Shown piece after piece: positions 38,716 to 47,398 of a DNA stretch of 64,000 nt. A program made the translations under genes and the position numbers. The notes beneath the pieces were generated by a model, which was not told the origin of the DNA, ran no database searches, and saw only the letters and a list, made by a program, of their open reading frames with translations. The DNA is from an uncultured bacterium (lineage in GTDB: Bacteria; Patescibacteriota; Microgenomatia; Levybacterales; UBA12049), in assembly GCA_963826535.1 (NCBI GenBank), contig CAWGXL010000002.1, forward strand, positions 96,654 through 160,653, in the 5' to 3' direction. Each line of letters opens with the position of its first letter. Within the stretch, counting starts at the first letter, position 1.

Positions 38716-39624
38716 TTATACCTTCCACCCAAGCCCTTTTTTTATATCTATTAAAGCTTTTTCATATTGCACTTTTGTTAGCTGATTATTAAGTATACAA
38801 TATTTTTTATTCTTCAAACCCACACACCCGAAACAGTCAGAGCAGTTTAAGAGCTTTGTACCGTAGTGACAATTCATGCAACCCTCACTATATGTTAAAA
38901 AAGCGCAGTTATAACAAAAATCAGTATAAACATTCTCATAACATAGCTCTGCAAAACGATTAGTCTCCGGAGTCCCTCCAGTATGAAATATATCCCAACA
39001 ATGCTTCGTTAAACCACAGAAGTACATAAATCCGGAATTTTCAGAATAGTAACCTTGAAATGCCCAGTAACAGTTCTTTGAGTTATAGATATAATTACCA
39101 TATGGACAGTTCTCGCTATTGGATTGCTGACTTGCAGGATGAGGGATTTTAGGTTTAATTTCAAGCATTTGGTTAAGAATCTTTTGAGGATCTTGCTTTT
39201 TTAAATCCTCAACTTTTTTCAAATATTCATCTTTGGTATATTGCCGGTTAAATATACAATATTTTTTGTGATTTAACCCGACGCATCCAAAACAGTCAGA
39301 GCAAGAGTTTAATAAAGCGGAAAAATGGCAATCTGTAGAATTATTACAATCAATTAAATATGTGGAGCTATAACACTTAGTACTTTCAATACATTCGTAG
39401 CATTTTTCCGACTCAGTCACAAAATCACAATCTACAAGTTTATTCCCCCAACCATAATATGTATAAATACTATCAAAAAGCCTAGTTCCATCAAAGCAAT
39501 AATAGTCGTTCTTTCCTATATAGACAGCATCTACATATTCGCACTCAACTGTATTAGGACCGATTGTTATCGCTGGCACGGGAACAGATTTCTTCAGAAG
39601 CTCATATTTTTCAAGGAAAGTCAT
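38716..39624 (-). CDS. Cys-rich protein, paralog A (internally duplicated CxxC-rich modules), unknown family
   Basis: MTFLEKYELLKKSVPVP.... Same architecture as paralog B, with about 60% identity by eye. C-terminus is LGWKV. Confidence 0.6.
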   Translation of the reverse strand: MTFLEKYELLKKSVPVPAITIGPNTVECEYVDAVYIGKNDYYCFDGTRLFDSIYTYYGWGNKLVDCDFVTESEKCYECIESTKCYSSTYLIDCNNSTDCHFSALLNSCSDCFGCVGLNHKKYCIFNRQYTKDEYLKKVEDLKKQDPQKILNQMLEIKPKIPHPASQQSNSENCPYGNYIYNSKNCYWAFQGYYSENSGFMYFCGLTKHCWDIFHTGGTPETNRFAELCYENVYTDFCYNCAFLTYSEGCMNCHYGTKLLNCSDCFGCVGLKNKKYCILNNQLTKVQYEKALIDIKKGLGWKV

Positions 39625-39639
39625 TGTACCTAATTTTTA

Positions 39640-42000
39640 CTATAATCTTGCCCGTTGGGAGATTTCGGCTTCGATTACCTCGGCGTTGCGGCCGAATTTA
39701 AGTCTCGAGAGTTCTTTTATCAGGTCGGCGACTCTTACGTTGCTAAGTTCTTTTTCGCGGCTAATATCTTTAGTGGTATCAAGCGAGAAAGGCGGTACAG
39801 GCTCACCGTTTACCAGGGTTCTCATATAAGCATTATATTTGTCAACATTTATTAAATCTGTTTCATTAAACATCGGTTGGAATTCGCGCTGTAAATAGCT
39901 GGCATCATTGACGCCGACCCGGAATGAAGCAATTGTCCCCACGTTTCCGAAAATTGCGTTTTTAATCTCTTCCTCCATCTGGCCTATGAATTGATTTGCC
40001 ACGATAAGATTGAGGCGGTATTTACGGGCTTCGGAAAGGATTTGGGCAAAATCGGGAGTAGCGAAATTTTGGAATTCGTCAACGTAGAGGTAGAAGTCTC
40101 GTCGTTTGTCCATATCCATATCCTGGCGTGACATAGCGGCAACCAGTATCTTGGGAACTAAGACCAAGCCCAAAAAGCTGGCGTTTTCTTCGCCGATTTT
40201 TCCTTTAGATAAATTAATAAGAAGGATTTTTCTTTCATCCATAACTTTACGGAAATCGAATGAGCTTTTGGATTGGCCAATTATATTTCTTATCATTTTA
40301 TTTGTAACGAAACGGCCGAATTTAGAGACAATATAATCCATAACCTCGGATTTGTGAAAGTCGGATGTTGTCGCGATTTGATCAGTCCAGTAACGGCGGA
40401 TAATAGGATCCTGAACTTTGGGCAATAACTCCTGTACATAGGCTGGATCCGTAAGAATACGTACAACCTCAATAAAGGTGCTTCCCGGCTCGTACATGAC
40501 AGTTAACATAGCATTTCGAACAGCATGTTCAAAACGTGGTCCGATAATACCGGTTTTATTTGGATCGAAGAGCTTATACATTAACCCTATTATAGAGTTG
40601 GTAACAAAATGTTTTTGTTGTTCTGTCTGGGCATCAAGCATATTGAACCCCATCGGCCGCTCTAAATCTGATGGATCAAATAAAATAACTTCTTCGGCGC
40701 GGTTGGGCGGAATTTGGCGCAATACATCTTCTACTAAATCTCCATGTGGATCAACAACGGCTATTCCTTCGCCCGCGTGAATATCTTGCATGATCATACT
40801 TTTAAGGAATTCGCTTTTTCCGGTACCTGTTTTTCCGATGATATACGTATGCCTTCTTCTATCGTCTTGGCTAACATATACTCCACGATTGAGACCACGG
40901 AATGTGCTTTTGCCAAGGTAAAGACCGCTTGTCGGTAGATTGGATGGCGCCGGTGCACGTTTGGATGTCAGCCAGTGAATACCGGGCGTTGTTATACTTT
41001 TATTTGGGAAATGGAAGATGGTTGCGAGTTCCTCACTGGTATGTAATGATGACTGACCCCACAGCGGGAAGTATCTATAAATAAAATCATGCATAAAAAA
41101 ACCTTTCATGAGGTGTTTGTTTTTTCTGAAATAATTTTGACCGGCGTATTGACCGAAAGTATTGATAATATTATTTAAGTGTGATTGTGCTGCTTGTTTT
41201 GTAGTAGAACATACAACAATCCTTATAACAGTATCAAACCCAACTTTGTTGATAGAACCTTCAATGCCCTCAAGCTCTTTCGCATCGGTTTTATATTTAG
41301 CAGTTTCCGGGCTGGCTTCATTTTTTTTAGTTTTACTAATATATCCCCTCCCTGATTTTTTCCAGTGATCACCTGCAGGCCTGACCAATATTTGAATTGT
41401 CGCCCCTTCTCCTTCACCCATTTTTGCAAGGACAGAGGTAATCGATGACAACGGGTCAACCGGCATATCTTTGAAGACTCTTATAGGTATATAGGAACTA
41501 TTTTTCTGATGTAATGAAGCAAAAGCTACTTTTCCATTTTCAGTAAAGATTTGGTATTCAGTTCCTACTACGTTGCCCGCTTTCTGTTTTGCAGTTGGAT
41601 CATTGACCGGCACGACTTCAGCATCCGGATAGGAGCCATTAATTTGCTTTTCTATGAAATCCCGATGTTTATTCGGAACCCAGACATAGAAACGAATTTC
41701 ACCCGGAAGTCCTACGACTTCAAAAGACAGGTGAGGTTGTGTTTTAAAGAATTCGAGCCATCCGATTTCCCTAAGCGATGCAAGTCCCGAAAACATTTGC
41801 TCGGCGGCATCTATTTTGATCTCATTTTCCCGTGGAACTGTTACCTGCAATAGGGTCGAATTTAGTGACTCTTGTTCGCGGTTTCTATTCCGAAACCAGA
41901 TAAGCAATGTATATCCAAATAACCACAAAAACCCTATCGTAACTGAAATAACAATTAAAGTAATAATAACGGTTATAATGAGAGAATTTATATTATCCAT
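39640..42000 (-). CDS. Membrane-anchored P-loop ATPase of the type IV secretion coupling-protein superfamily (TraG/TraD/VirD4-like, with a TraM-recognition-type C-terminal region)
   Basis: N-terminal hydrophobic hairpin. Walker A YIIGKTGTGKSEF. Walker B LYVDEFQNF. C-terminal ...ANQFIGQMEEEIKNAIFGNVGTIASFRVGVNDASYLQREF resembles TraG-D_C. Confidence 0.65.
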   Translation of the reverse strand: MDNINSLIITVIITLIVISVTIGFLWLFGYTLLIWFRNRNREQESLNSTLLQVTVPRENEIKIDAAEQMFSGLASLREIGWLEFFKTQPHLSFEVVGLPGEIRFYVWVPNKHRDFIEKQINGSYPDAEVVPVNDPTAKQKAGNVVGTEYQIFTENGKVAFASLHQKNSSYIPIRVFKDMPVDPLSSITSVLAKMGEGEGATIQILVRPAGDHWKKSGRGYISKTKKNEASPETAKYKTDAKELEGIEGSINKVGFDTVIRIVVCSTTKQAAQSHLNNIINTFGQYAGQNYFRKNKHLMKGFFMHDFIYRYFPLWGQSSLHTSEELATIFHFPNKSITTPGIHWLTSKRAPAPSNLPTSGLYLGKSTFRGLNRGVYVSQDDRRRHTYIIGKTGTGKSEFLKSMIMQDIHAGEGIAVVDPHGDLVEDVLRQIPPNRAEEVILFDPSDLERPMGFNMLDAQTEQQKHFVTNSIIGLMYKLFDPNKTGIIGPRFEHAVRNAMLTVMYEPGSTFIEVVRILTDPAYVQELLPKVQDPIIRRYWTDQIATTSDFHKSEVMDYIVSKFGRFVTNKMIRNIIGQSKSSFDFRKVMDERKILLINLSKGKIGEENASFLGLVLVPKILVAAMSRQDMDMDKRRDFYLYVDEFQNFATPDFAQILSEARKYRLNLIVANQFIGQMEEEIKNAIFGNVGTIASFRVGVNDASYLQREFQPMFNETDLINVDKYNAYMRTLVNGEPVPPFSLDTTKDISREKELSNVRVADLIKELSRLKFGRNAEVIEAEISQRARL

Positions 42001-42006
42001 TTTTCT

Positions 42007-42534
42007 TTAAATTGAGGCTTGTTTATTTTGTTTTACATCTTTGACTGCATCCGGGTCGTATTTACACCATTGGTACATTATCATAGCCGCAAGCCAATGG
42101 GTTGAGTCTAAAAATTCAGTATTTTTTAACTTTTGCAGCGCTTGTGGATAATTCATTGGGAGGTGGATCGTACCGGTTGGAGTCTTGATAATTGGCGTTG
42201 AATCTACGGCAGGAGTAACTGCCGTAACCTTTTGAATTTCTTTTTCTAATTTTAACTCGCGGCCATCAGGACCATGTTCGACTATATTTTTTAATTCTTG
42301 CGGAATCATAACTTCGGGGGATAACGAAGTAGTTATTTCAGGCGTTACAGTTTCCGCGCTATGAGTGGATTCGGATACCGGCACAGCAATTGTTGGCTCC
42401 TGTTCTTTATTCCCGGTGATTACCGCCGGTTCAGGCATATCTCCGCTTTGTTGCCCAGCTGTTGCAGCCGGTTGACCCGTTATATTTGTTTGAGGTGGAA
42501 CTGTTTGTTTTTGTAATTGTTTTGGATCCTGCAT
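42007..42534 (-). CDS. Hypothetical protein with a disordered Pro/Thr/Gln-rich N-terminal half
   Basis: 175-aa ORF immediately upstream of, and co-oriented with, the ATPase. Confidence 0.45.
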   Translation of the reverse strand: MQDPKQLQKQTVPPQTNITGQPAATAGQQSGDMPEPAVITGNKEQEPTIAVPVSESTHSAETVTPEITTSLSPEVMIPQELKNIVEHGPDGRELKLEKEIQKVTAVTPAVDSTPIIKTPTGTIHLPMNYPQALQKLKNTEFLDSTHWLAAMIMYQWCKYDPDAVKDVKQNKQASI

Positions 42535-42613
42535 ATGTCTATCTTACCATGTGGATTTGAAATAAACAATTAAATTAGCCTGACACTTTCATTACAAAAC
42601 GATTATTATCTGC

Positions 42614-43831
42614 TTATTTGGTTAAAATATAATCAACAACCTCATCAGCAATCTCTCTTTTAGATTTATGTGAAAATTTTTTAGATTTCCCGTTCTTTGA
42701 AACTACTATAACTTCATTCGTGTCTTCATTAATACCTTGATTTGGCTTTCCCACATCATTAATAACAAGTATATCAATGGGCGTTTTTTTCAGTTTTTCG
42801 CGTGCTTCTATTACTAACTCTTTATCTGTTTTCTGCCATTCTGCTTTAAAAGCGATTAAATTAATTTTAGGATTGGCTTTTTTAATGTAAGTATATATTT
42901 TATCTCTTTTTTTTAACCTAATTGTTACCGCTTTTTCACTCGGTATTTTCCCATCCCATGCTGTGGGTTTAAAATCAGATACAGCAGCAGCATGAAAACA
43001 AATATCAGAATCTGGGGAATATTTTTTTACGAGTTCCGCGAGCTCATCAGCCGTTTCAAATTCATGTTGTTCTATCTGAAAACGTGGAATAACAGATGTT
43101 TTAGAACGAAGCAAAATTACCTTTGCCCCCCGTAAATAACAACTTTCCGCAATTGCCACTCCCATTTTCCCTGAACTTTTGTTTAAAATAAATCTGACAT
43201 CATCAATTTTTTCCATAGTTCCGCCGGCTGTTACTAATATTCTTTCCCCTTTTAATAATTCATTTCTTTTTAATAACCGCAATGACTCATCAAAAATTTT
43301 GGTAATATCTGTCAAGCGCCCGGCACCTTCATAACCACAAGCCAGTAATCCGGAATCAGGATTTATTATTTGATAACCTCTCCCTTTAAGTTTATGAACA
43401 TTTTCTTGCGTCGTCGGATTGTGCCACATATTCACATTCATAGATGGAAAAATAAGAATAGGAGCTTTGGTAGCAAGTAGGGTAGTGGCAAGAAAGTCAT
43501 CTGCAATTCCATGTGCCATTTTGGCAATAATATTTGCCGTAGCAGGCGCAACAAGAAATAAATCCGCTTTATCTGCAAGTTGAATATGGTCAACTTCTCT
43601 TTTTTCCAGTATTTCTTTGTAATCAAAGTCTTTGGAAAATAAATATCTATAAACTTTGTTGCCGGTTAGATTTTCAAATTCATCTGGCGAAATCATTTTT
43701 GTAGCATTATCCGTCATGATTACAAAAACTTTTATACCTAGTTTCTTAAAAGCAGTTATGAGCTCCTTGATCTTAAAAGCAGCAATTCCTCCACATATAC
43801 CAATAACAACAGTTTTCGTACGAAAATCCAT
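42614..43831 (-). CDS. coaBC: Bifunctional phosphopantothenoylcysteine decarboxylase / phosphopantothenate-cysteine ligase
   Basis: N-terminal flavoprotein domain (KTVVIGICGGIAAFKIKELI) and C-terminal DFP/CoaB domain. Length is 405 aa. Confidence 0.85.
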   Translation of the reverse strand: MDFRTKTVVIGICGGIAAFKIKELITAFKKLGIKVFVIMTDNATKMISPDEFENLTGNKVYRYLFSKDFDYKEILEKREVDHIQLADKADLFLVAPATANIIAKMAHGIADDFLATTLLATKAPILIFPSMNVNMWHNPTTQENVHKLKGRGYQIINPDSGLLACGYEGAGRLTDITKIFDESLRLLKRNELLKGERILVTAGGTMEKIDDVRFILNKSSGKMGVAIAESCYLRGAKVILLRSKTSVIPRFQIEQHEFETADELAELVKKYSPDSDICFHAAAVSDFKPTAWDGKIPSEKAVTIRLKKRDKIYTYIKKANPKINLIAFKAEWQKTDKELVIEAREKLKKTPIDILVINDVGKPNQGINEDTNEVIVVSKNGKSKKFSHKSKREIADEVVDYILTK

Positions 43832-43850
43832 AATAATAAATTATTATAAC

Positions 43851-44000
43851 CTACTTTCCGGGCTTCCAACCGCAGAGTGGGCAGGCTGTTAAATCGCCTT
43901 TTTGAATATTTAGTGTATCTTCATCATCCGCCACCCATCCACATTCTTTGCAAATGATTTTGAAACAAACCTCACATTTATTAGTTTTATTAGAGCTCAT
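43851..44000 (-). CDS. Small zinc-ribbon protein
   Basis: CEVC...CKEC...CPLC motifs. Start placed at the internal Met to avoid overlap with the upstream gene. Confidence 0.35.
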   Translation of the reverse strand: MSSNKTNKCEVCFKIICKECGWVADDEDTLNIQKGDLTACPLCGWKPGK

Positions 44001-44008
44001 ATTATAGC

Positions 44009-44863
44009 TTAACAAGCATACGGAGCACTGCACCCATTTACAGGACATTTAATCCTGCCATTACTTATAGTTGCGTCGATATCAGCTACACCACAAACCG
44101 GGCAATTTTTGCAGTGTAAAGTCTTCTCCCCAAATGAAATTTTTTCTGAATCAACAACACCTAATCTTGGAGTTACTGAATTTACTACAACAGTTTTACC
44201 TGAAGCTCCTCCGCCACCAGCACATCCTGGCTGTTCCGCAATAGCATTCAATATACTTCCAAAAGACTTCACATCAATCTGATTTGGCTTATACCACGTA
44301 TCGGGTTTTAATATAACTCTTTGTTTTTTTGCCGCTTCTTCGGTATAGTACAACTGAGACATACGAAGAATTGTCGCAGCAATAGCTTTTTGTAAATCAT
44401 GCTTGGTTAGTCCCTCTTGCAGACAATAAACCTCAAAATCTGCGATCATTTGTTGCGTTTTCTCATTGAATTGATATAGCCTTTCGCCTTGCAATATATC
44501 CTTATATACATCCTCCCATCCTGTTTTTTCCTGTGTGACTGAGTTTTTAAAAGCATGAGTTGATCTAACTTTCTCTAAGACTCCCACCACATCACTCACG
44601 CTTTGTATCTCTTCACTCTCTCCCGGTTTTATAGCAGCAACTGCCTCTACATATTCTTCAATCGATGCCATGACCGGAAGTCTTTTTCCTGTAAGCCTGT
44701 AAATAACTTCACGACTTTCCTGATGTGTAAAGTTTGTTTTCACTGTATAGTTAGTAACTGAATCAGCTTTCTTCTGCATTATAAAAAAGTATGAATCGGG
44801 ATATGTTATTTGTTCACCACTATCTGTTGTTAATCCGGAATCTCCTTTTGGACTTGTCATCAC
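44009..44863 (-). CDS. Hypothetical protein with a C-terminal Cys-rich (zinc-ribbon-like) tail
   Basis: 284 aa, ending ...HCKNCPVCGVADIDATISNGRIKCPVNGCSAPYAC. Confidence 0.5.
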   Translation of the reverse strand: MMTSPKGDSGLTTDSGEQITYPDSYFFIMQKKADSVTNYTVKTNFTHQESREVIYRLTGKRLPVMASIEEYVEAVAAIKPGESEEIQSVSDVVGVLEKVRSTHAFKNSVTQEKTGWEDVYKDILQGERLYQFNEKTQQMIADFEVYCLQEGLTKHDLQKAIAATILRMSQLYYTEEAAKKQRVILKPDTWYKPNQIDVKSFGSILNAIAEQPGCAGGGGASGKTVVVNSVTPRLGVVDSEKISFGEKTLHCKNCPVCGVADIDATISNGRIKCPVNGCSAPYAC

Positions 44864-44876
44864 AGCTATTGACCCA

Positions 44877-45479
44877 TCAGGAGTATCTTTCGGAAAGAAA
44901 AAACTTTTTCATTGCCATTATGGATCTCTTTACTGATCCGTTTCTTTCATTTTCTGAAACAATCTCTTCCATATCTGAATATGAATTTCTTGAGCGCTCT
45001 GATTTTCCATAAGAACGATCTTCAAGCCTATTTGGATCTATAGGATCTCTAAAATATTTAGTAGGATAAACCAGATGATTTGATAAATATTCAAGCTTAA
45101 AGCCTAATAAGTCTTTTTCTGTTTTCTGAACCCAGTCCGACATATCTCCCGAACTATTTAGATCTTTTATTAAAGCGAGTTGTAATTTCATAATAAAACC
45201 GACTTCTGATTTTTTTCCCCGTAAATTGTACCAATCCTTAGGTAACTTTTCTTTTAGCCAGTTGTAGTCAAAGTGGCTGATATAATCTGCTAACGTACTA
45301 TTCTCGGTATGCTTTTTTTCTTTTACCTCTTCCTTTTTTCGTTGGCGGTAATTATCTAAATAAAATATTTTTGCGTCATGAATAGGTGGTCGGGGATACT
45401 CAATAATCCTTGTACGCGCAGTATTTCTTACTTTGAATAATTGTTCATCCTGGGGTAAATATCTCGCTGCTTCTACCAT
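44877..45479 (-). CDS. Hypothetical protein
   Basis: 200-aa charged protein. No motif recognised. Confidence 0.45.
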   Translation of the reverse strand: MVEAARYLPQDEQLFKVRNTARTRIIEYPRPPIHDAKIFYLDNYRQRKKEEVKEKKHTENSTLADYISHFDYNWLKEKLPKDWYNLRGKKSEVGFIMKLQLALIKDLNSSGDMSDWVQKTEKDLLGFKLEYLSNHLVYPTKYFRDPIDPNRLEDRSYGKSERSRNSYSDMEEIVSENERNGSVKRSIMAMKKFFLSERYS

Positions 45480-45502
45480 ATTAATTTTATCATTTCCTGT
45501 GT

Positions 45503-46045
45503 TTACTTTTTAATCCACTTTGTTTCTCTCTTTTTTTCTCTGAAATTAACGTATCGTGCAATGGTAAAGAAGAGATCGGATAGGCGGTTGAGATAAATCA
45601 TAATTGCAATATCTACATCTTCATTCTTCATCAAAGCAACAACGCGGCGTTCTGCTCGTCTGGCAATAGTACGGCATATATGTAATTGGGAGCCTGTTTT
45701 TCCTCCGCCCGGTAAAATAAAATTTTTAAGTGGCGGGAGCTTAATTGTCAATTTATCGATTAACTTTTCAAAATCCAGCGGACGTTTCTCAAGTCCGGGG
45801 ATCGGCTCCGCTTCCGGTGTAGATAAAGCTGATCCTATTTCAAATAGATCGTGCTGAATCTCTTCAAGTTCTTTTTTGAGTTGTTTAAATTTTTTTGGAG
45901 AAAGAAATGCAAGAGCAACACCAATGGAACTATTGAGCTCATCAATTGTGCCGTATGTTTCAACGCGCGCGTTTGCTTTAGAAACTCTAGTCCCATCGAT
46001 AAGCGAAGTTTTCCCTTTATCTCCGGTACGGGTATAGATTGGCAT
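45503..46045 (-). CDS. pduO: ATP:cob(I)alamin adenosyltransferase, PduO/MMAB type
   Basis: MPIYTRTGDKGKTSLIDGTRVSKANARVETYGTIDELNSSIG is the PduO-type N-terminal signature. The internal Met was chosen as the start. Confidence 0.75.
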   Translation of the reverse strand: MPIYTRTGDKGKTSLIDGTRVSKANARVETYGTIDELNSSIGVALAFLSPKKFKQLKKELEEIQHDLFEIGSALSTPEAEPIPGLEKRPLDFEKLIDKLTIKLPPLKNFILPGGGKTGSQLHICRTIARRAERRVVALMKNEDVDIAIMIYLNRLSDLFFTIARYVNFREKKRETKWIKK

Positions 46046-46078
46046 AATAGTTAAAAGTTTAAAGTACAAAATTAAAAG

Positions 46079-46627
46079 TTAAACTTGCGTATTGGCAGCT
46101 TGTAAGTTTTTTCTTAATCTCAAGGCTGCTTCGTAACCCATAAAGAATAAACCTGTATAGAGGAAGTCGCCGATTAATGTATTTCTAAAAAAAGGAATTG
46201 CTGCCACAAAACAGTCAATCAGCCCTGAAAATGTTTTAGGGTACATGGTACCAATTAGCCAAACACCAAAGTTAGTAATGAGATAAAAAAGTAAGGAAGA
46301 CAAAAGAGTGGCAATTATAATGTTTGTTGTTTTTTTGTGTTTTTTTAGCCAAATACCAATGCAGCCGATAAGTAAAAAACTGCCATAGACAAACACCATC
46401 TTTTCCATACCGTAAAAACCGAGAAATAGATCTGAAAAGAATAAAGCTAAGAGGGGAATTATGATAGCGTATTTTTTGTCCAGGTAAGCTCCGCCGAATA
46501 AAGCCATAGCGGCGATTGGAGCGATGTTGGGTGGGTGCGGAAGCAAGCGCAATACTGCGGCAATAGTGATTATTACCAGTGGACTAATGAAGTAGCTAAT
46601 TTTCAATTTAAAATTTTTAATTTTCAT
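46079..46627 (-). CDS. ECF-transporter S-component-like membrane protein. Candidate cobalamin/corrinoid substrate-capture subunit by context.
   Basis: 182 aa, 5-6 TM helices. LPHPPNIAPIAAMALFGGAY resembles ECF S-component N-termini. It lies between DUF4430 and pduO. Confidence 0.45.
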   Translation of the reverse strand: MKIKNFKLKISYFISPLVIITIAAVLRLLPHPPNIAPIAAMALFGGAYLDKKYAIIIPLLALFFSDLFLGFYGMEKMVFVYGSFLLIGCIGIWLKKHKKTTNIIIATLLSSLLFYLITNFGVWLIGTMYPKTFSGLIDCFVAAIPFFRNTLIGDFLYTGLFFMGYEAALRLRKNLQAANTQV

Positions 46628-46635
46628 TTTAGTAT

Positions 46636-46762
46636 TTCAAATTACTCAGATTATTGTCATTCCCCTGCACAGGGGAATCCAGAAGATATAAATAACTTTT
46701 CCTTATAACAAGTAAATGTAATAACTTGTTTTACCTCCTGGATTCCCGCGTTCGCGGGAATG
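46636..46762. repeat. Pair of imperfect inverted hairpin repeats flanking about 65 bp (REP/MITE-like or bidirectional terminator)
   Basis: Left: ttgtcattcccctgcacaggggaatccag. Right: cctggattcccgcgttcgcgggaatgacaa. Each is itself a hairpin and the two are mutually inverted. The centre has a further palindrome aacaagt...acttgtt. Confidence 0.5.
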
Positions 46763-46777
46763 ACAACTGCTTATGAG

Positions 46778-47152
46778 TTAATATTTTTCTATTTTCCATT
46801 CAATCGTATCTGTGTCTTGCGTTTGGTACTCTGCCGGTCCAACTTCTGACATTTTGCTGTTTATGTAAAATGCCCAGTATTCATGCTTGGAATTATCGGC
46901 CTCGCGGCCATTGATAGTTGTGACCAGGCCTGACTTGTCTTGTTTAATTCCATATTTTTGCTTGAGGAGTGTAAGAGCGTCTTTGCCTTTTTGGCCTTTA
47001 TATGTATAGTTTTGGGAGTGGGTTTCTTGTTGAACTGTTTTAGTAGGAGCAATTGTAGGTTTTGGCTGTATAAATAGCGGGACAGAAGAAATTAAAGCTA
47101 CGAATATAATAATTAAGAAGATATTTTTTTGGTTTAGAAATGTTTTTCTCAT
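46778..47152 (-). CDS. DUF4430-domain protein (transcobalamin/intrinsic-factor beta-domain-like, putative B12-binding)
   Basis: Signal-anchor, then ...GKDALTLLKQKYGIKQDKSGLVTTINGREADNSKHEYWAFYINSKMSEVGPAEYQTQDTDTIEWKIEKY fits the DUF4430 pattern (G..A...L......G.fv..InG.....W.fyvN....vGa..y.l.dgD.i.w.y). Confidence 0.65.
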   Translation of the reverse strand: MRKTFLNQKNIFLIIIFVALISSVPLFIQPKPTIAPTKTVQQETHSQNYTYKGQKGKDALTLLKQKYGIKQDKSGLVTTINGREADNSKHEYWAFYINSKMSEVGPAEYQTQDTDTIEWKIEKY

Positions 47153-47335
47153 AAAAAAATCCCTCTCGTTTTTTGTCCCGAGAAGGATACGTAATTTTGA
47201 TTCCAGTCAGGCACAAGTCTATGCCTGACCCCGCTCTGCGGGGCTCGGGACGAAATAATGCTCTCTAGTTTTCTGGCTATACAGTTGCGGCTCAGCCATG
47301 GATTTTCACCATGATTGCCTAAAAGAGCGTTCTAA
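47153..47335 (-). ncRNA. Putative cobalamin (B12) riboswitch in the 5' leader of the DUF4430 gene
   Basis: The minus strand reads ...UAGGCAAUCAUGGUGAAAAUCCAUGGCUGAGCCGCAACUGUAUAGCC.... This resembles the conserved aAGGGAAnccGGUGaaAAUCC...CCGCnACUGUa core. It is followed by hairpins GUCAGGCAUAGACUUGUGCCUGAC and CCCCGCagaGCGGGG. A final helix CCUUCUCGGG/CGAGAGGG sequesters the SD GAGAGGG 8 nt before the AUG. Confidence 0.5.
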
Positions 47336-47398
47336 TTTAAATCAATAATACACTTAATTTTTTGTTTTAGCAAGGTTTAATTTTTTTTAATTAGGGCT

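Noticed and set aside
39640-42000. Assigning the 786-aa ATPase specifically as VirB4 versus VirD4
   Set aside because: The C-terminal TraG-D_C-like segment and N-terminal membrane hairpin favour a coupling-protein type. However, the long ~350-aa pre-Walker-A region is VirB4-like. Left at superfamily level.
47153-47335. Alternative reading of the leader as simple tandem terminators rather than a riboswitch
   Set aside because: Not fully rejected. The GGUGAAAAUCC / CCGCAACUGUA core and the B12-related gene context tip the balance, so it was kept as a moderate-confidence riboswitch call.
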